From Candidatus Sericytochromatia bacterium (GTDB taxonomy: Bacteria > Cyanobacteriota > Sericytochromatia > UBA7694), in assembly GCA_044356335.1 (NCBI GenBank), contig JBIKWL010000005.1, positions 10,946 through 74,945 on the forward strand: DNA of 64,000 nucleotides. The letters run 5' to 3'. Of this stretch, positions 30,140 to 41,859 are shown in pieces (positions within the stretch are counted from its first letter, which is position 1; each line of letters begins with the position of its first letter). The notes beneath the pieces were generated by a model, which was not told where the DNA came from, did not search any database, and saw nothing but the letters and a program-made list of their open reading frames with translations. A program made the translations under genes and the position numbers.

Positions 30140-31441
30140 GTGAAATTTGAGTTTAAAAGATTAAGGCGAGCCCCCGTGCTCGCCTTGAGCTTTTTGTCTT
30201 TTTCCTGCACCCCCCCCAACAGCCCCCCGATCGAACCTCCTGTTGTCAAATTGGGGGTTGCGGTACCTTTGACGGGCTCCTTGGCTGCAAGGGGGCCCTC
30301 TCGGCGCAAAGCGGCTGAATTGGCTGCCGAACACCTCAATCAGGTCGGTGGTGTCGATAGCAAACAGATCAAGCTCTTCCATGTCGACTCAGCCACCAGC
30401 GGGCCGATTGCGGCTCAGCGTGTACGCGAGATGTTTGATCAAAACCCGGATATCCAGGCCTTAATTGGGCCCTCTGGCAGCCAAGAGAGCCGGGATGTTC
30501 TGACCGTGATGAAAGAAAAACAAAGACCGATGATCTCTCCGGCGTCAACATCCGCCCTGTTTTCAAGTATTGATGATGGCGGTTATTTCTTTCGCACAGT
30601 GCCCTCAGATGCTTTTCAGGGCCAAATCCTGGCCGCCAAAATCCGCGAATTTGGCTTTAAAAAAGTCGCAACCCTCTATGTCGACAATACCTATGGTCAA
30701 TCTTTAAATGACGTGCTCAAAGCCGATTTAAACAAACACCAAATTCAGGTTTTGGCTCAGATCAAATACCCCGAAACAGTCAAAACCGATTATGATGCTG
30801 AGATCAAACAATTGCTGAGCCAATCCGTGGACGCGGTCTGCTTTATTGGCTATCCCGGTGAGGCCCCTGGCATTTTTAATGCCTGGCTCAAAAGCGGCTT
30901 GGTCCCACAGCTCAAGTGGTTTTTTTCCGATGGCCTCAAAGCCGCTGAGATTGTACAAGGGGTCAACAGCCCCGAAAAACTCGATACTTCTCTGGGGGCC
31001 ATTCCCGCCTCTTCCTCCCAAATGGCCGATGCCCAATTTTTTCAAGAGGCCTATATCCAACGCTATGGCGATTTTCCGGTCTCTTATGCCGCCAATACCT
31101 ATGATGCCTTGATTTTATCTGCACTGGCCCTGCAGCGCACCCGTTTTTCCCAGACCAAAGATCTGCGCCAAGCCATTCGCGAGGTGGCCAGTCCACCCGG
31201 AACCCAAATCCGCCCAGGCAAAGACGGGCTCAAACAGGCCTTGCTGCTCTTGGCCAAAGGTGAAGATATCGACTACCAGGGTGTCTCTGGCGATCTGAAT
31301 ATGGACGAAGTCGGTGATGTGCGCAATGATTATGAGATCTGGACGCTCAAAAATGGTTTTATTTTAAGGGTTGAAACCTTCTCCATCGCGGGTCTCGATG
31401 ACAAAAAAGCGGGGCCCCTGTCAGAGCCCCCCAAAGCATAA
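30140..31441 (+). CDS. ABC transporter periplasmic substrate-binding protein, type-1 PBP (branched-chain amino acid / Liv-like)
   Basis: PBP1 fold signature blocks. The N-terminus looks like a lipoprotein signal. Confidence 0.65.
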   Translation: MKFEFKRLRRAPVLALSFLSFSCTPPNSPPIEPPVVKLGVAVPLTGSLAARGPSRRKAAELAAEHLNQVGGVDSKQIKLFHVDSATSGPIAAQRVREMFDQNPDIQALIGPSGSQESRDVLTVMKEKQRPMISPASTSALFSSIDDGGYFFRTVPSDAFQGQILAAKIREFGFKKVATLYVDNTYGQSLNDVLKADLNKHQIQVLAQIKYPETVKTDYDAEIKQLLSQSVDAVCFIGYPGEAPGIFNAWLKSGLVPQLKWFFSDGLKAAEIVQGVNSPEKLDTSLGAIPASSSQMADAQFFQEAYIQRYGDFPVSYAANTYDALILSALALQRTRFSQTKDLRQAIREVASPPGTQIRPGKDGLKQALLLLAKGEDIDYQGVSGDLNMDEVGDVRNDYEIWTLKNGFILRVETFSIAGLDDKKAGPLSEPPKA

Positions 31442-31460
31442 AGCAACAGGTTTACAACAC

Positions 31461-34175
31461 CTAAGTTACCGAGGTCATTTGACCCGGATGGTATTTGGAA
31501 ATTCCTTGGCTGTCCCAGTGAATGTGAATGCAATTTCGGCCTGAGCCTTTGCATTTGTAAAGGGCGTCATCCGCCCGGCGAACCAGGTCTTCGGATTTGA
31601 GATCGCGGGGGGTGTATTGTGCCACGCCAATGCTGGTGGTGATCTGACGAATCGGATTGCCTTCGAGATCGTAGAGCTGCATCGACTCCACCACTTTGCG
31701 AATTTTTTCAGCCGCAATGGCCGCTTGATCCGCTTTGGTATCGGGCAAAATCACGACCATTTCTTCGCCGCCATAGCGCACGGGCATGTCTGTGCGACGT
31801 ACCGTTTTGGCCAAAACCTGACCAAAACTCGCCAAAACCTGGTCCCCAACCTGGTGACCATAGGTATCGTTGAAGCTCTTAAAATGGTCAATGTCCATCA
31901 GCAGAATCGAGAAAGGTTTGTCTGGGTTGCGCTGGCAGCGCTGGAATTCTTTCATCAACAATTCATCAAAATAGCGGCGGTTATACAGGCCTGTAAGCTT
32001 GTCAAAATTGGCCTGACGGTGCAATTTAGTCACATCTGTCAGCACCATAACGACCCCAGTGACCTCGGCCCGTTTGTCGATAACCGGCGTGAGTGAGAGG
32101 TGGTAAACCCCCCACTCGGTTGTCACTTGCACTTCTTTTTGCTTGCGCCGAAAGACCGTGGTCTGCCAAATATCCTGCCATTGCTGCGACTGCATATTAA
32201 AAACCCGGCCCAGCAATTGAATAATATTGGCATGGGTCAGATTGAGATCTTCTGACAGGCGCAGGGTATGTACAAAATTTTCATTGTAAAAATTGATCTC
32301 TCCCAATTGGTTGCAAACCACCACCGGATTGGTCGTGCTCTGCAAAACCGTTTGGAAAAACAGGGCATCGTCCTGGGTTTGTTTACGCAATTGACGCAGG
32401 GCCTCAATTTTCTCCTCTACCCCCGGAATCAGGTCGCGGGCAGGGCCCTCTTTGATAAAGGTCTGGGTCAAAGCAGTGGTGGCTGCATTGTGGATATTTT
32501 CCAAGAGCTGCCCAGAGAGATCGTCCATCTCCAATTTAACAGGATAAAAAATTTCAAAAATGCCAATCAGTTGGCGGTGGGGATCAAAGAAAGGCAAGAG
32601 TACAAATTGGCTGTCTTTGAGCTGAGCATAGCGGCGTTTGAAATCCAGATGGGTGGTATAGGCCTCTTTGAGTGAATCGGGAAGGCGCTGAAAATCCATA
32701 GGAACCGCACGCACTGGCACTTCTTGGGGAGACAGGGCCTGGTAATAAGGCGGCAAGTGTTCGTACCGGGTGGGCAGGTCTTTCTCATCCAATTCTTCGT
32801 CTGAATCGCCCTGTCCGTCTTCGGTGTATTTGCCATCGCGGCTTTTGACCTCGCGCAGAACCATTTGCTTTTTATCGCTGTTATACTCGCGGTAGCAGAC
32901 CCAGGCCGCCTGACTGATATACAAAAGAGCTGTCAGGGTGTGTTCAATTTTTTGATTAAAATTCTGCTTGGGGGTTTTGCGCTGATCTTCTTGAATGCCC
33001 TGAATCTGTTCGTTCAACGCCAAATTTGAGCGCACAGAGATCATGATCGTGACCCCGGCTCCCATCATGATACTAAAACAGAAAACAGGCACAATATCGA
33101 TCAAAAGGTGGGCCACGTTAAACAAAAGGAAACCCATCAAGAGAGAAAAAACAGACAGGCCCGTCAATATAGCCCATTGATGGGAGATCGCAAAACGGGG
33201 CAAAAACAAGCCCGCACTGGCACCTATCAAGAGCAAAACGATAATCACCACCATCGGACTGGCATGGTACAGGGGCTTTTTGTCGATCAAACTCTGGATC
33301 AGATGGGCCTGAATTTCAATCCCGTACATGGGTTTACTGGCCTGATCGCCAAATGGGCTTGTGGTGACATCCCCAAGCGTCGGGGAATAGACCCCAATCA
33401 AAACCACTTTGTTTTTAAAATTGATCTTGGTATTGCCGGCCACAGCATCGGCAAACGAAACCATGGGGAAAAAGCCTGGCGGCCCCTGATAATGCAGGCG
33501 AATCAGATCACTCTCCAAGGGAAAACGGCTGTGTTTGCCCAAGAGCATCTGCCCTTCCTGAATCTGGATATCTGAAGCCTCCAGCCCGAGGTAAAGTCGG
33601 GCCAATTCCAGCCCCATTGGAAAAATCACCTGACGGGGCACTGCTTTTTGGTTGATCGCCTGGGCCTCAATAAAATGAGTTGTATCTCCAGGATAAGACG
33701 AGACGTTGCCCAAAGCGTAAATCAGCTCCTGCAATTTGGGCATGGGGGCATTGGTATTGCCGTTGGAATAATCGTAGAAAAAGGGCATAACCACATTTTT
33801 ACTTTTGGCCACAGCATCAAAGAGCTGTTGATCGACTTTGGGATCTTTATTGGGTGAGCCAAAGAGAATATTAAACCCCACCGCCTTGGCCCCTTGCTCT
33901 GAAAGCCGATTTAAAAACTTGGCATATTCTGTGCGGGCAATCGGATAGCCCATTTTGGCAGTAGAGGCATCATCAAGGCCCACCAAAACAATATCGGGAT
34001 GCGGTTTGGCGTTGATAAACCGGGTTTTGAAATAGGAGTCTTGGATCGTGCTTTCAAGCCCCTGCATACCCCCCCCCAGATAAGCACTGATCAGCAAAAG
34101 GGCAAACAAGACCCCCATCATACTGACAAAGACCGGGGTATTTTTTAGAAAAACGCTTTTAAATTGCTGCTTCAC
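31461..34175 (-). CDS. Membrane sensor diguanylate cyclase: CHASE2 domain, TM region, PAS-like domain and GGDEF domain. The active-site motif is GGEEM and an RxxD I-site is present.
   Basis: N-terminal CHASE2 with a TM cluster. C-terminal GGDEF domain (RYGGEEMVVILPDT, RRTD I-site, DHFKSFNDTYGHQVGD). Confidence 0.75.
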   Translation of the reverse strand: MKQQFKSVFLKNTPVFVSMMGVLFALLLISAYLGGGMQGLESTIQDSYFKTRFINAKPHPDIVLVGLDDASTAKMGYPIARTEYAKFLNRLSEQGAKAVGFNILFGSPNKDPKVDQQLFDAVAKSKNVVMPFFYDYSNGNTNAPMPKLQELIYALGNVSSYPGDTTHFIEAQAINQKAVPRQVIFPMGLELARLYLGLEASDIQIQEGQMLLGKHSRFPLESDLIRLHYQGPPGFFPMVSFADAVAGNTKINFKNKVVLIGVYSPTLGDVTTSPFGDQASKPMYGIEIQAHLIQSLIDKKPLYHASPMVVIIVLLLIGASAGLFLPRFAISHQWAILTGLSVFSLLMGFLLFNVAHLLIDIVPVFCFSIMMGAGVTIMISVRSNLALNEQIQGIQEDQRKTPKQNFNQKIEHTLTALLYISQAAWVCYREYNSDKKQMVLREVKSRDGKYTEDGQGDSDEELDEKDLPTRYEHLPPYYQALSPQEVPVRAVPMDFQRLPDSLKEAYTTHLDFKRRYAQLKDSQFVLLPFFDPHRQLIGIFEIFYPVKLEMDDLSGQLLENIHNAATTALTQTFIKEGPARDLIPGVEEKIEALRQLRKQTQDDALFFQTVLQSTTNPVVVCNQLGEINFYNENFVHTLRLSEDLNLTHANIIQLLGRVFNMQSQQWQDIWQTTVFRRKQKEVQVTTEWGVYHLSLTPVIDKRAEVTGVVMVLTDVTKLHRQANFDKLTGLYNRRYFDELLMKEFQRCQRNPDKPFSILLMDIDHFKSFNDTYGHQVGDQVLASFGQVLAKTVRRTDMPVRYGGEEMVVILPDTKADQAAIAAEKIRKVVESMQLYDLEGNPIRQITTSIGVAQYTPRDLKSEDLVRRADDALYKCKGSGRNCIHIHWDSQGISKYHPGQMTSVT

Positions 34176-34278
34176 TATTGCTTACGTTGTCCCATTATTG
34201 ATCCAATGATTCGCTCTCTTCGGTTCTACTAGTTTAACCCAAAAGCCCGAGTATACCAAGCTCTGCCCTTCAGATGGC

Positions 34279-34839
34279 TTGGTCTCTTTTGATAGAATCA
34301 GGCATAATGAATATATCACCAGACAAAGGAACATAAACGTGTTACGCAAATTTACATTTGCCCTGCTCATCAGCTTGGCGTTGCCCGCCCTGGCGTTGGC
34401 CAAACAAAACTTTATTCCCGGTCAAAGCGTGGCTCAAGTCAATCTGGGAACCCCAGATAAAACAGGCATTCAGCAATTGAGCAAAACCCTGGGCCAAAAA
34501 CCGGCTGTCAGCGGCAAAGACACAGAGTACGAAGGGCAGACCGTCTATTATTATTATTTTGGCAAAAAAGATCCTGCCAATCAGAATTACGCCCTGCAGG
34601 TCTACAGCGATGTCAAACATAAAATCTTTATCTTTGAAATCAACAGCCCAGATTTTGCAACACCCGAAGGCATTCATGTGGGTTCCAGCGAAGCCGAGTT
34701 GGTCAAAGCTTATGGCAATAAATTGAAAAAACTACAGCGGGGTGCCATCTATCTCAAATACAGTTTGGGCGGTCGCAAAGGCACCGACTTTTATGTTAAA
34801 AATCAAAAAGTCAGCCAAATTCTGGTCCGCGATTATTAA
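34279..34839 (+). CDS. Hypothetical exported protein. The likely start is GTG at 34339, behind an AAGGAA RBS.
   Basis: Signal-peptide-like LRKFTFALLISLALPALALA. Confidence 0.45.
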   Translation: MVSFDRIRHNEYITRQRNINVLRKFTFALLISLALPALALAKQNFIPGQSVAQVNLGTPDKTGIQQLSKTLGQKPAVSGKDTEYEGQTVYYYYFGKKDPANQNYALQVYSDVKHKIFIFEINSPDFATPEGIHVGSSEAELVKAYGNKLKKLQRGAIYLKYSLGGRKGTDFYVKNQKVSQILVRDY

Positions 34840-34881
34840 TGCCCCTATTCATACAGGGGTCTCTAAAGGGAGAATAAAATC

Positions 34882-35718
34882 TTGAAAAAATGGTTTTTAA
34901 GCTTGAGTCTGCTGATTGTGAGCCTGCCTGCCCAGGCGGTTTCCTTGGAACAGGACTTTCAACTCTCACCGATCAGTCCTCCCAAAGCCAACGGTGTTGA
35001 GCTGCAATGGTCCCAAGCGGCCGAAGCAGAACCAGGACTGGAATTGCCCTTTGTCTCACTTTCGGACAGGCAGGTACTGACCGACCTCAAAGGCACCTGG
35101 ATTTCACTTTTGTCTTCAACCCGGCCCAAAGCCACCGTTTCATTCAATCTCGAACTCAATGGGCGCTCAGTTTACCAAAACAGTTTCAACACATCCAAAG
35201 GTCTGAGCTTGCCATCGATCCCTCTCAAGCCAGGCAAAAACGACCTGACACTGACCCTGGATGACACGGGTTCTCAGCCCCAGACCCAAAAATTTACCCT
35301 CTACAATCTGGGCCCACCACCCGGTCCCACCTTTGCCCTGGTGGACAAGTACAATTTTACCCTCTATTATGTCCAGGATCAGATCCTCAAGAAAATCTAT
35401 CCAATCGCCACAGGCCGCCCCCGCACCCCCACCCCGTTGGGTCTGTTTATCATGGCCCGCAAAGAGGTCATGCCTTATGCCAATACCGGTTGGGGCGTGC
35501 GGCGCATGTTGATTTATACGCCAGCAGAATACGCACGCGGACATTGGGCGGGTTATGCCGTACACGGCACCAACAATCCTGCCAGCATTGGCACAGAGGC
35601 CTCACATGGCTGTGTGCGCATGTTTAACCAAGACGTGACGGAGCTATCGCAAATGATGCCCCTGCAAACCCCTGTCTTGATTCGCGAGCAATTGCCTTTT
35701 TATATCGAGAAGCTCTAA
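34882..35718 (+). CDS. L,D-transpeptidase (YkuD domain) with a signal peptide
   Basis: C-terminal catalytic HGT...SHGCVRM motif. Confidence 0.7.
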   Translation: MKKWFLSLSLLIVSLPAQAVSLEQDFQLSPISPPKANGVELQWSQAAEAEPGLELPFVSLSDRQVLTDLKGTWISLLSSTRPKATVSFNLELNGRSVYQNSFNTSKGLSLPSIPLKPGKNDLTLTLDDTGSQPQTQKFTLYNLGPPPGPTFALVDKYNFTLYYVQDQILKKIYPIATGRPRTPTPLGLFIMARKEVMPYANTGWGVRRMLIYTPAEYARGHWAGYAVHGTNNPASIGTEASHGCVRMFNQDVTELSQMMPLQTPVLIREQLPFYIEKL

Positions 35719-35742
35719 GCTTAAAGCTTTAAACCACGCGGG

Positions 35743-36834
35743 CTAAGCCATCACCGTGTCATCTTGCTGGGTCAACTCTTCGAGTTTGGCCTGCTGGTCA
35801 GCGGTGATCATGGCATCGATCAACTCGTGTACATCGCCATTGAGAATCTCAGGCAATTTGTACAGGGTCAATTTAATCCGGTGGTCGGTCACGCGGCCTT
35901 CAGGGAAGTTATAGGTGCGAATGCGTTCACTGCGGTCGCCACTGCCCACCTGGGATTTGCGCGCATCTGCGCGTTCATCGTGTTGGGCCTGGGTCAGACG
36001 ATCCAACATTTTGGTTTTGAGCATAATCATCGCCTTCATGCGGTTCTGCAATTGTGAGCGTTCTTCTTGGCAGGCCACAACAATCCCGGTTGGCACGTGG
36101 GTGATCCGCACAGCCGTCTCAACCTTGTTCACGTTCTGGCCACCTGCGCCCCCTGAGCGGAATGTGTCCATCTGCAAATCGGCTGGGTTGATCTCGATAT
36201 CGATATCTTCGGCTTCAGCCATCACTGCCACGGTTGCAGCTGAAGTGTGAATCCGGCCAGAGGCTTCGGTATCGGGCACACGCTGCACCCGGTGCACCCC
36301 CGATTCAAATTTGAGATAGCTATAAACGCTGTCCCCTTCGATCGACATCACCGCTTCTTTGATGCCATTGAGGCCGGTTTCGTTGACCGAAAGCAGGGTG
36401 GTTTTCCATTTTTTGGACTCGGCAAAACGGGTGTACATGCGCACCAAATCGGCCGCAAAGAGCGCAGCTTCTTCGCCCCCCGTACCAGCCCGCACTTCAA
36501 GCAGAATATTTTTCTCGTCGTTGGGGTCTTTGGGTAAAAGCAGCAACTGCAAATGTTTTTCGAGTTTGACTTGGCGCTCAGACAATTCAGTCAACTCAGC
36601 TTGAATCAATTCCCGCATATCGGGGTCTTGTTCTTCTCGCACCATTTCTTGGGTATTGGCCAATTCTTGATTGACCTTTTCCAGCTCGTGATAAATGCCA
36701 ACTTTTTCTTCAAGCTCCGCGTGGGCCTTGGCATATTTACGAAAGCGCTCCTGATCGCGAATCACATCAGGATCTGACAAAAGCTCTGTCAGTTCCTGAT
36801 GCTTGTGGACAATGGCTTCAAACGGGGCGATCAC
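35743..36834 (-). CDS. prfA: Peptide chain release factor 1
   Basis: GGQNVNK (GGQ) motif, PxT-type tripeptide region (RVPDTE) and RF1-like collinearity. Confidence 0.9.
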   Translation of the reverse strand: MIAPFEAIVHKHQELTELLSDPDVIRDQERFRKYAKAHAELEEKVGIYHELEKVNQELANTQEMVREEQDPDMRELIQAELTELSERQVKLEKHLQLLLLPKDPNDEKNILLEVRAGTGGEEAALFAADLVRMYTRFAESKKWKTTLLSVNETGLNGIKEAVMSIEGDSVYSYLKFESGVHRVQRVPDTEASGRIHTSAATVAVMAEAEDIDIEINPADLQMDTFRSGGAGGQNVNKVETAVRITHVPTGIVVACQEERSQLQNRMKAMIMLKTKMLDRLTQAQHDERADARKSQVGSGDRSERIRTYNFPEGRVTDHRIKLTLYKLPEILNGDVHELIDAMITADQQAKLEELTQQDDTVMA

Positions 36835-37424
36835 GATTTCAGCGATTCAGACATTTCTTGAATCAGCGAAAGGGCTTTGGCCACAGAGGCTTTCATATCA
36901 GAAACGCGCTGACTTTCCTGACGGATTTCGTCAACCAATTGATTCAAGGTGGCCAAATTAAAATCATCTGCGCCTTGAGAGAGGGAACTGCTTTCGGGCT
37001 CTGAATAGCTCTCTTCAGCCACAACCACGGCTTCAGCGACAGCTTCTTCTTCAGCTTCATCGAAGGCTGGGTAAGCGTCGAGTTCTTCTTCGACCAACTC
37101 GGTTTCGTCGGCATAAGCAACTTCGGCAGCGGGCTCATCGGCAGGCTCGGCTTCTGATTCAGCGTATTCCATTTCGGAGGCTTCTTCGGCAACGTCCGCA
37201 ACGACTTCTTCAGCAGCTTCAGCCACAAATTCAATGGGTTCCTCATCGGTGGGAAACATATTGTCGAGTTCAGCATCCAGAGAGGCAACATCAGCCGACG
37301 TGTCGGCCATGATCTCGACTGGCTCATCGGTGGGGAACATACCATCCAAGGCTTCATCCAGAGAAGGATCAGTGTGTGTGTTCATTTCTTCGTCTTCCCA
37401 GACTTGGGTTTCGGAATCGCTCAT
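36831..37424 (-). CDS. Highly acidic hypothetical protein with a duplicated [17 protein letters not shown] motif. It overlaps the prfA start by 4 bp.
   Basis: Start proposed at the internal Met (MSDSETQVW...). The longer listed ORF has a hydrophobic N-terminus that is probably not real. Confidence 0.5.
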   Translation of the reverse strand: MSDSETQVWEDEEMNTHTDPSLDEALDGMFPTDEPVEIMADTSADVASLDAELDNMFPTDEEPIEFVAEAAEEVVADVAEEASEMEYAESEAEPADEPAAEVAYADETELVEEELDAYPAFDEAEEEAVAEAVVVAEESYSEPESSSLSQGADDFNLATLNQLVDEIRQESQRVSDMKASVAKALSLIQEMSESLKS

Positions 37425-37622
37425 GGGGTTATTTCTCTCTTCCCGAATTTGGTGAAATTGTTTATAAAAGACTCTATGAAAAACTATTATAGCATAGCAT
37501 ATTCCACTGCCAAGCAAGTCAGAATGAGCTTCAGAGCCTCTGCAAGGAATCTTTTTTCTTGTGCTCCCATGTTATAATCTTGCTGATTCTTACCATCTCA
37601 CCCCTCTCAGGGATAACAGGCC

Positions 37623-38237
37623 ATGGCCGCAGAAAGCAGAAGCGAAGACTACCTCAAGCACCTGGCTCAGATTTGCAGCAACTGTACCCGCTGCGAATTA
37701 CACAATAGCCGCAATTTAAGTGTTTTTTCTGATGGCAATCCCAACGCCCGTCTGATGATCGTCGGTGAGGGCCCTGGCCAAAACGAAGATCAGACAGGCC
37801 TGCCCTTTGTGGGCAAAGCGGGACAATTACTCACCCGCATGTTGAACGCGGTGGGCTTTGATCGCCAGCAAGACACCTATATCACCAATGTGGTCAAATG
37901 CCGGCCGCCCGGCAACCGTACTCCCACACCTGCCGAAATGGCTGCCTGTTTTCCCTATTTAAAACGACAGATCCAAGCGGTGCAGCCCCTGATCTTGGTT
38001 TTAACCGGCGCGACAGCGGTTAAAGGTGTTCTCGCCGATCAACGTCCCATCAGCCGCATGCGCGGCGAGTGGATTTTGCGCCAAAATATTTGGTGCTTGG
38101 CCACTTTTCACCCTTCTTTTCTCTTGCGCAACGAATCCAAAGAAAAGGGTTCCCCCAAGTGGCTGGCCTGGCAGGATTTCAAGGAAATTCGGCGCAAATA
38201 CGAAGAATTGACACACCTCTCAGCCCAGACAGAGTGA
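37623..38237 (+). CDS. Uracil-DNA glycosylase, family 4 (4Fe-4S type)
   Basis: GEGPGQNEDQTGLPFVGKAGQLL motif and CSNCTRCELH cysteine cluster. Confidence 0.8.
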   Translation: MAAESRSEDYLKHLAQICSNCTRCELHNSRNLSVFSDGNPNARLMIVGEGPGQNEDQTGLPFVGKAGQLLTRMLNAVGFDRQQDTYITNVVKCRPPGNRTPTPAEMAACFPYLKRQIQAVQPLILVLTGATAVKGVLADQRPISRMRGEWILRQNIWCLATFHPSFLLRNESKEKGSPKWLAWQDFKEIRRKYEELTHLSAQTE

Positions 38238-38452
38238 TTCAGTTAGCCCCATATAGCCACAAAACAGCGCGCATTTAGCTTGTTCTTTTCTTCTGGTCGC
38301 AGCCGGGAGATTGTGTTAAAATTCCCTGGCATGAGTAAGAATACGCCTTATTTATTGGCCTTGAACCTCCAGCAGAACTTTTCACAGAGCCCCCTGTTGA
38401 ATCAACGCTTACTCAGTAGATTTTCATCAAGCAAAACAAAAGGAGAACGGTT

Positions 38453-39418
38453 GTGCAGCCTGCCTTAGCAACAGAACATCCACCAGCGACCAACGAGCAC
38501 AGCTCCACGGAGCACAGCAGCACGTCCACCACGGAACACAGCTCCTCCTCCAGCACGGAGCACAACAGCGCATCCACAACGGAACACAGCGCAACCTCCA
38601 GCACGGAGCATTCCAGTACCACGACCACAGAACACGCCACAAGCACAGAACACAGCAGCGACGGCCATGCCGCAGCCGGTGGCGAACATGCAGCCCCAGG
38701 TTCAACCTACCATCCCCCCGGCCATTTTAATCTGCAAGTGGGGGGTGTCAAAGTTCACTTCGACACCCTTTTGGGCAGTTGGTTGGTCATGGCCTTTATT
38801 ATTACTTTGGCGTTTACTGCCACCCGTCAACTGAGCAAGAAACCCGCCAAAAAACAAGTTTTCTTTGAATCCCTCGTTGATTTGGCCCATGGCATTGTCA
38901 AAGCCCAGGTCAGCAAAGAGACCTTCCGCTATGTACCGTTGATCGGCACGATCTTTCTGTTTGTGCTCTGCTGCAATTGGATGGGGCTTTTGCCCTGGCG
39001 TGTGCTCGAGTTAATGGGCACGCCCCATGGCTTTGAAATTGCCTCCCCCACCAACGATGTTAATACCAATGGCGCTCTGGCGATTATCTCCGTGGCCTCT
39101 TATTGGTATTTTGGCATCCGCAAAAAGGGTCTGGCCCACTTCAAGCACTATTTTCAGCCGATGTGGTTCCTCTTCCCCCTGAACATGATGGAAGATATCA
39201 CCCGTCCGCTCTCTCTGACTTTCCGTTTGTTCGGCAATATTATCGGCGGCGAAATCGTGATGGGCATCTTGCTCTTCTTAACTGCTCCGCTGATTATCAC
39301 CGGTGTGGTGGTGCTGCCCATGATAGCCATGGAAGTCTTGGTCGGATTTATCCAGGCCTTCATCTTCTCCATGCTGACCGCCTCTTATATTGGGGCCGTG
39401 GTCGCAGAACACCATTAA
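38453..39418 (+). CDS. atpB: F0F1 ATP synthase subunit a with an about 90-aa N-terminal T/S/H-rich TEHSS-repeat extension. It lies alone, with no other atp genes adjacent.
   Basis: Conserved subunit-a C-terminal helices (LSLTFRLFGNIIGGE, essential Arg). GTG start behind an AAGGAG RBS. (TEHSSx)n repeats across residues 7-70. Confidence 0.7.
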   Translation: MQPALATEHPPATNEHSSTEHSSTSTTEHSSSSSTEHNSASTTEHSATSSTEHSSTTTTEHATSTEHSSDGHAAAGGEHAAPGSTYHPPGHFNLQVGGVKVHFDTLLGSWLVMAFIITLAFTATRQLSKKPAKKQVFFESLVDLAHGIVKAQVSKETFRYVPLIGTIFLFVLCCNWMGLLPWRVLELMGTPHGFEIASPTNDVNTNGALAIISVASYWYFGIRKKGLAHFKHYFQPMWFLFPLNMMEDITRPLSLTFRLFGNIIGGEIVMGILLFLTAPLIITGVVVLPMIAMEVLVGFIQAFIFSMLTASYIGAVVAEHH

Positions 39419-39435
39419 ACCCTAAGTCTATTTTT

Positions 39436-39478
39436 AAAAGCGGAAGACTTTTGCGCAAAAGTCTTCCGCTTTTTTTTA
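39436..39478 (+). terminator. Strong rho-independent terminator directly after atpB
   Basis: aaaagcggaagactttt-gcgc-aaaagtcttccgctttt hairpin followed by a T8 run. Confidence 0.8.
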
Positions 39479-39670
39479 GCTCGAGATTAGCGCTCTGGAT
39501 GCACGAGTGATAATGGCTCAAGTTGAATCAGCATCTAATAATCGCCGGATAATCGCCCAGAACAAATCACAGTCCCAAAACTCAGGAATTTAAAAAACTA
39601 AGTTTTTTTAAATTCAGATAGAAAATTCACTTGACACTTCAAATCGGATCGTTCATCATGAATACATGTA

Positions 39671-39697
39671 TCAGCACTCTATGTGAGTGAGTGCTAA
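39671..39697 (+). promoter_or_regulatory. CIRCE element (HrcA operator) upstream of groES
   Basis: TCAGCACTC-N9-GAGTGCTAA, one mismatch from the consensus TTAGCACTC-N9-GAGTGCTAA. Confidence 0.75.
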
Positions 39698-39811
39698 ACA
39701 TAAACAACAAACAAACGTATCCTAAGTAGACTGATGCAAAGCGCCTTTCATGCGCAAAAGCTTTAAAAGATACTTTAGAATATGCCAAATTTTATGGAGG
39801 TCCTAGACATC

Positions 39812-40111
39812 ATGGCAAAGACATTTTTGAAGCCCCTGGGCGACCGGGTGGTTGTAAAAGTAGTTGAAGGTGAAGATAAAACCAGCGGTGGCATTTTGCT
39901 GCCCCAAACCGCCAAAGAAAAACCCCAGGAAGCCGAAGTGCTGGCTGTGGGTCCCGGCAAAATGCTGGAAGATGGCAAACGCTCTTCGATGGAAGTGCGT
40001 GAAGGTGATCGCGTGATCTTTGCCAAATACGGCGGAACCGAAGTGAAATCCCAAGGCGAAGAACTTCTGATCATTTCAGAAAAAGACATTCTCGCCATCG
40101 TTGAAAGATAA
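39812..40111 (+). CDS. groES: Co-chaperonin GroES
   Basis: The start at the internal ATG 39812 gives [17 protein letters not shown]..., the canonical GroES. Confidence 0.95.
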   Translation: MAKTFLKPLGDRVVVKVVEGEDKTSGGILLPQTAKEKPQEAEVLAVGPGKMLEDGKRSSMEVREGDRVIFAKYGGTEVKSQGEELLIISEKDILAIVER

Positions 40112-41788
<1,677 letters not shown>

Positions 41789-41859
41789 GCCTCACGGCTC
41801 ACTGACGTTCACCTAAATATTCCAAAGGGGCCTCCGGGCCCCTTTTCCTTTGGTACAAT

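Noticed and set aside
38413-38705. Cys/Leu-rich - strand ORFs opposite the atpB TEHSS-repeat region
   Set aside because: They are an artefact of the repetitive ACGGAGCACAGC units. The + strand frame continues into a conserved subunit-a body behind a strong RBS, which supports the + strand reading.
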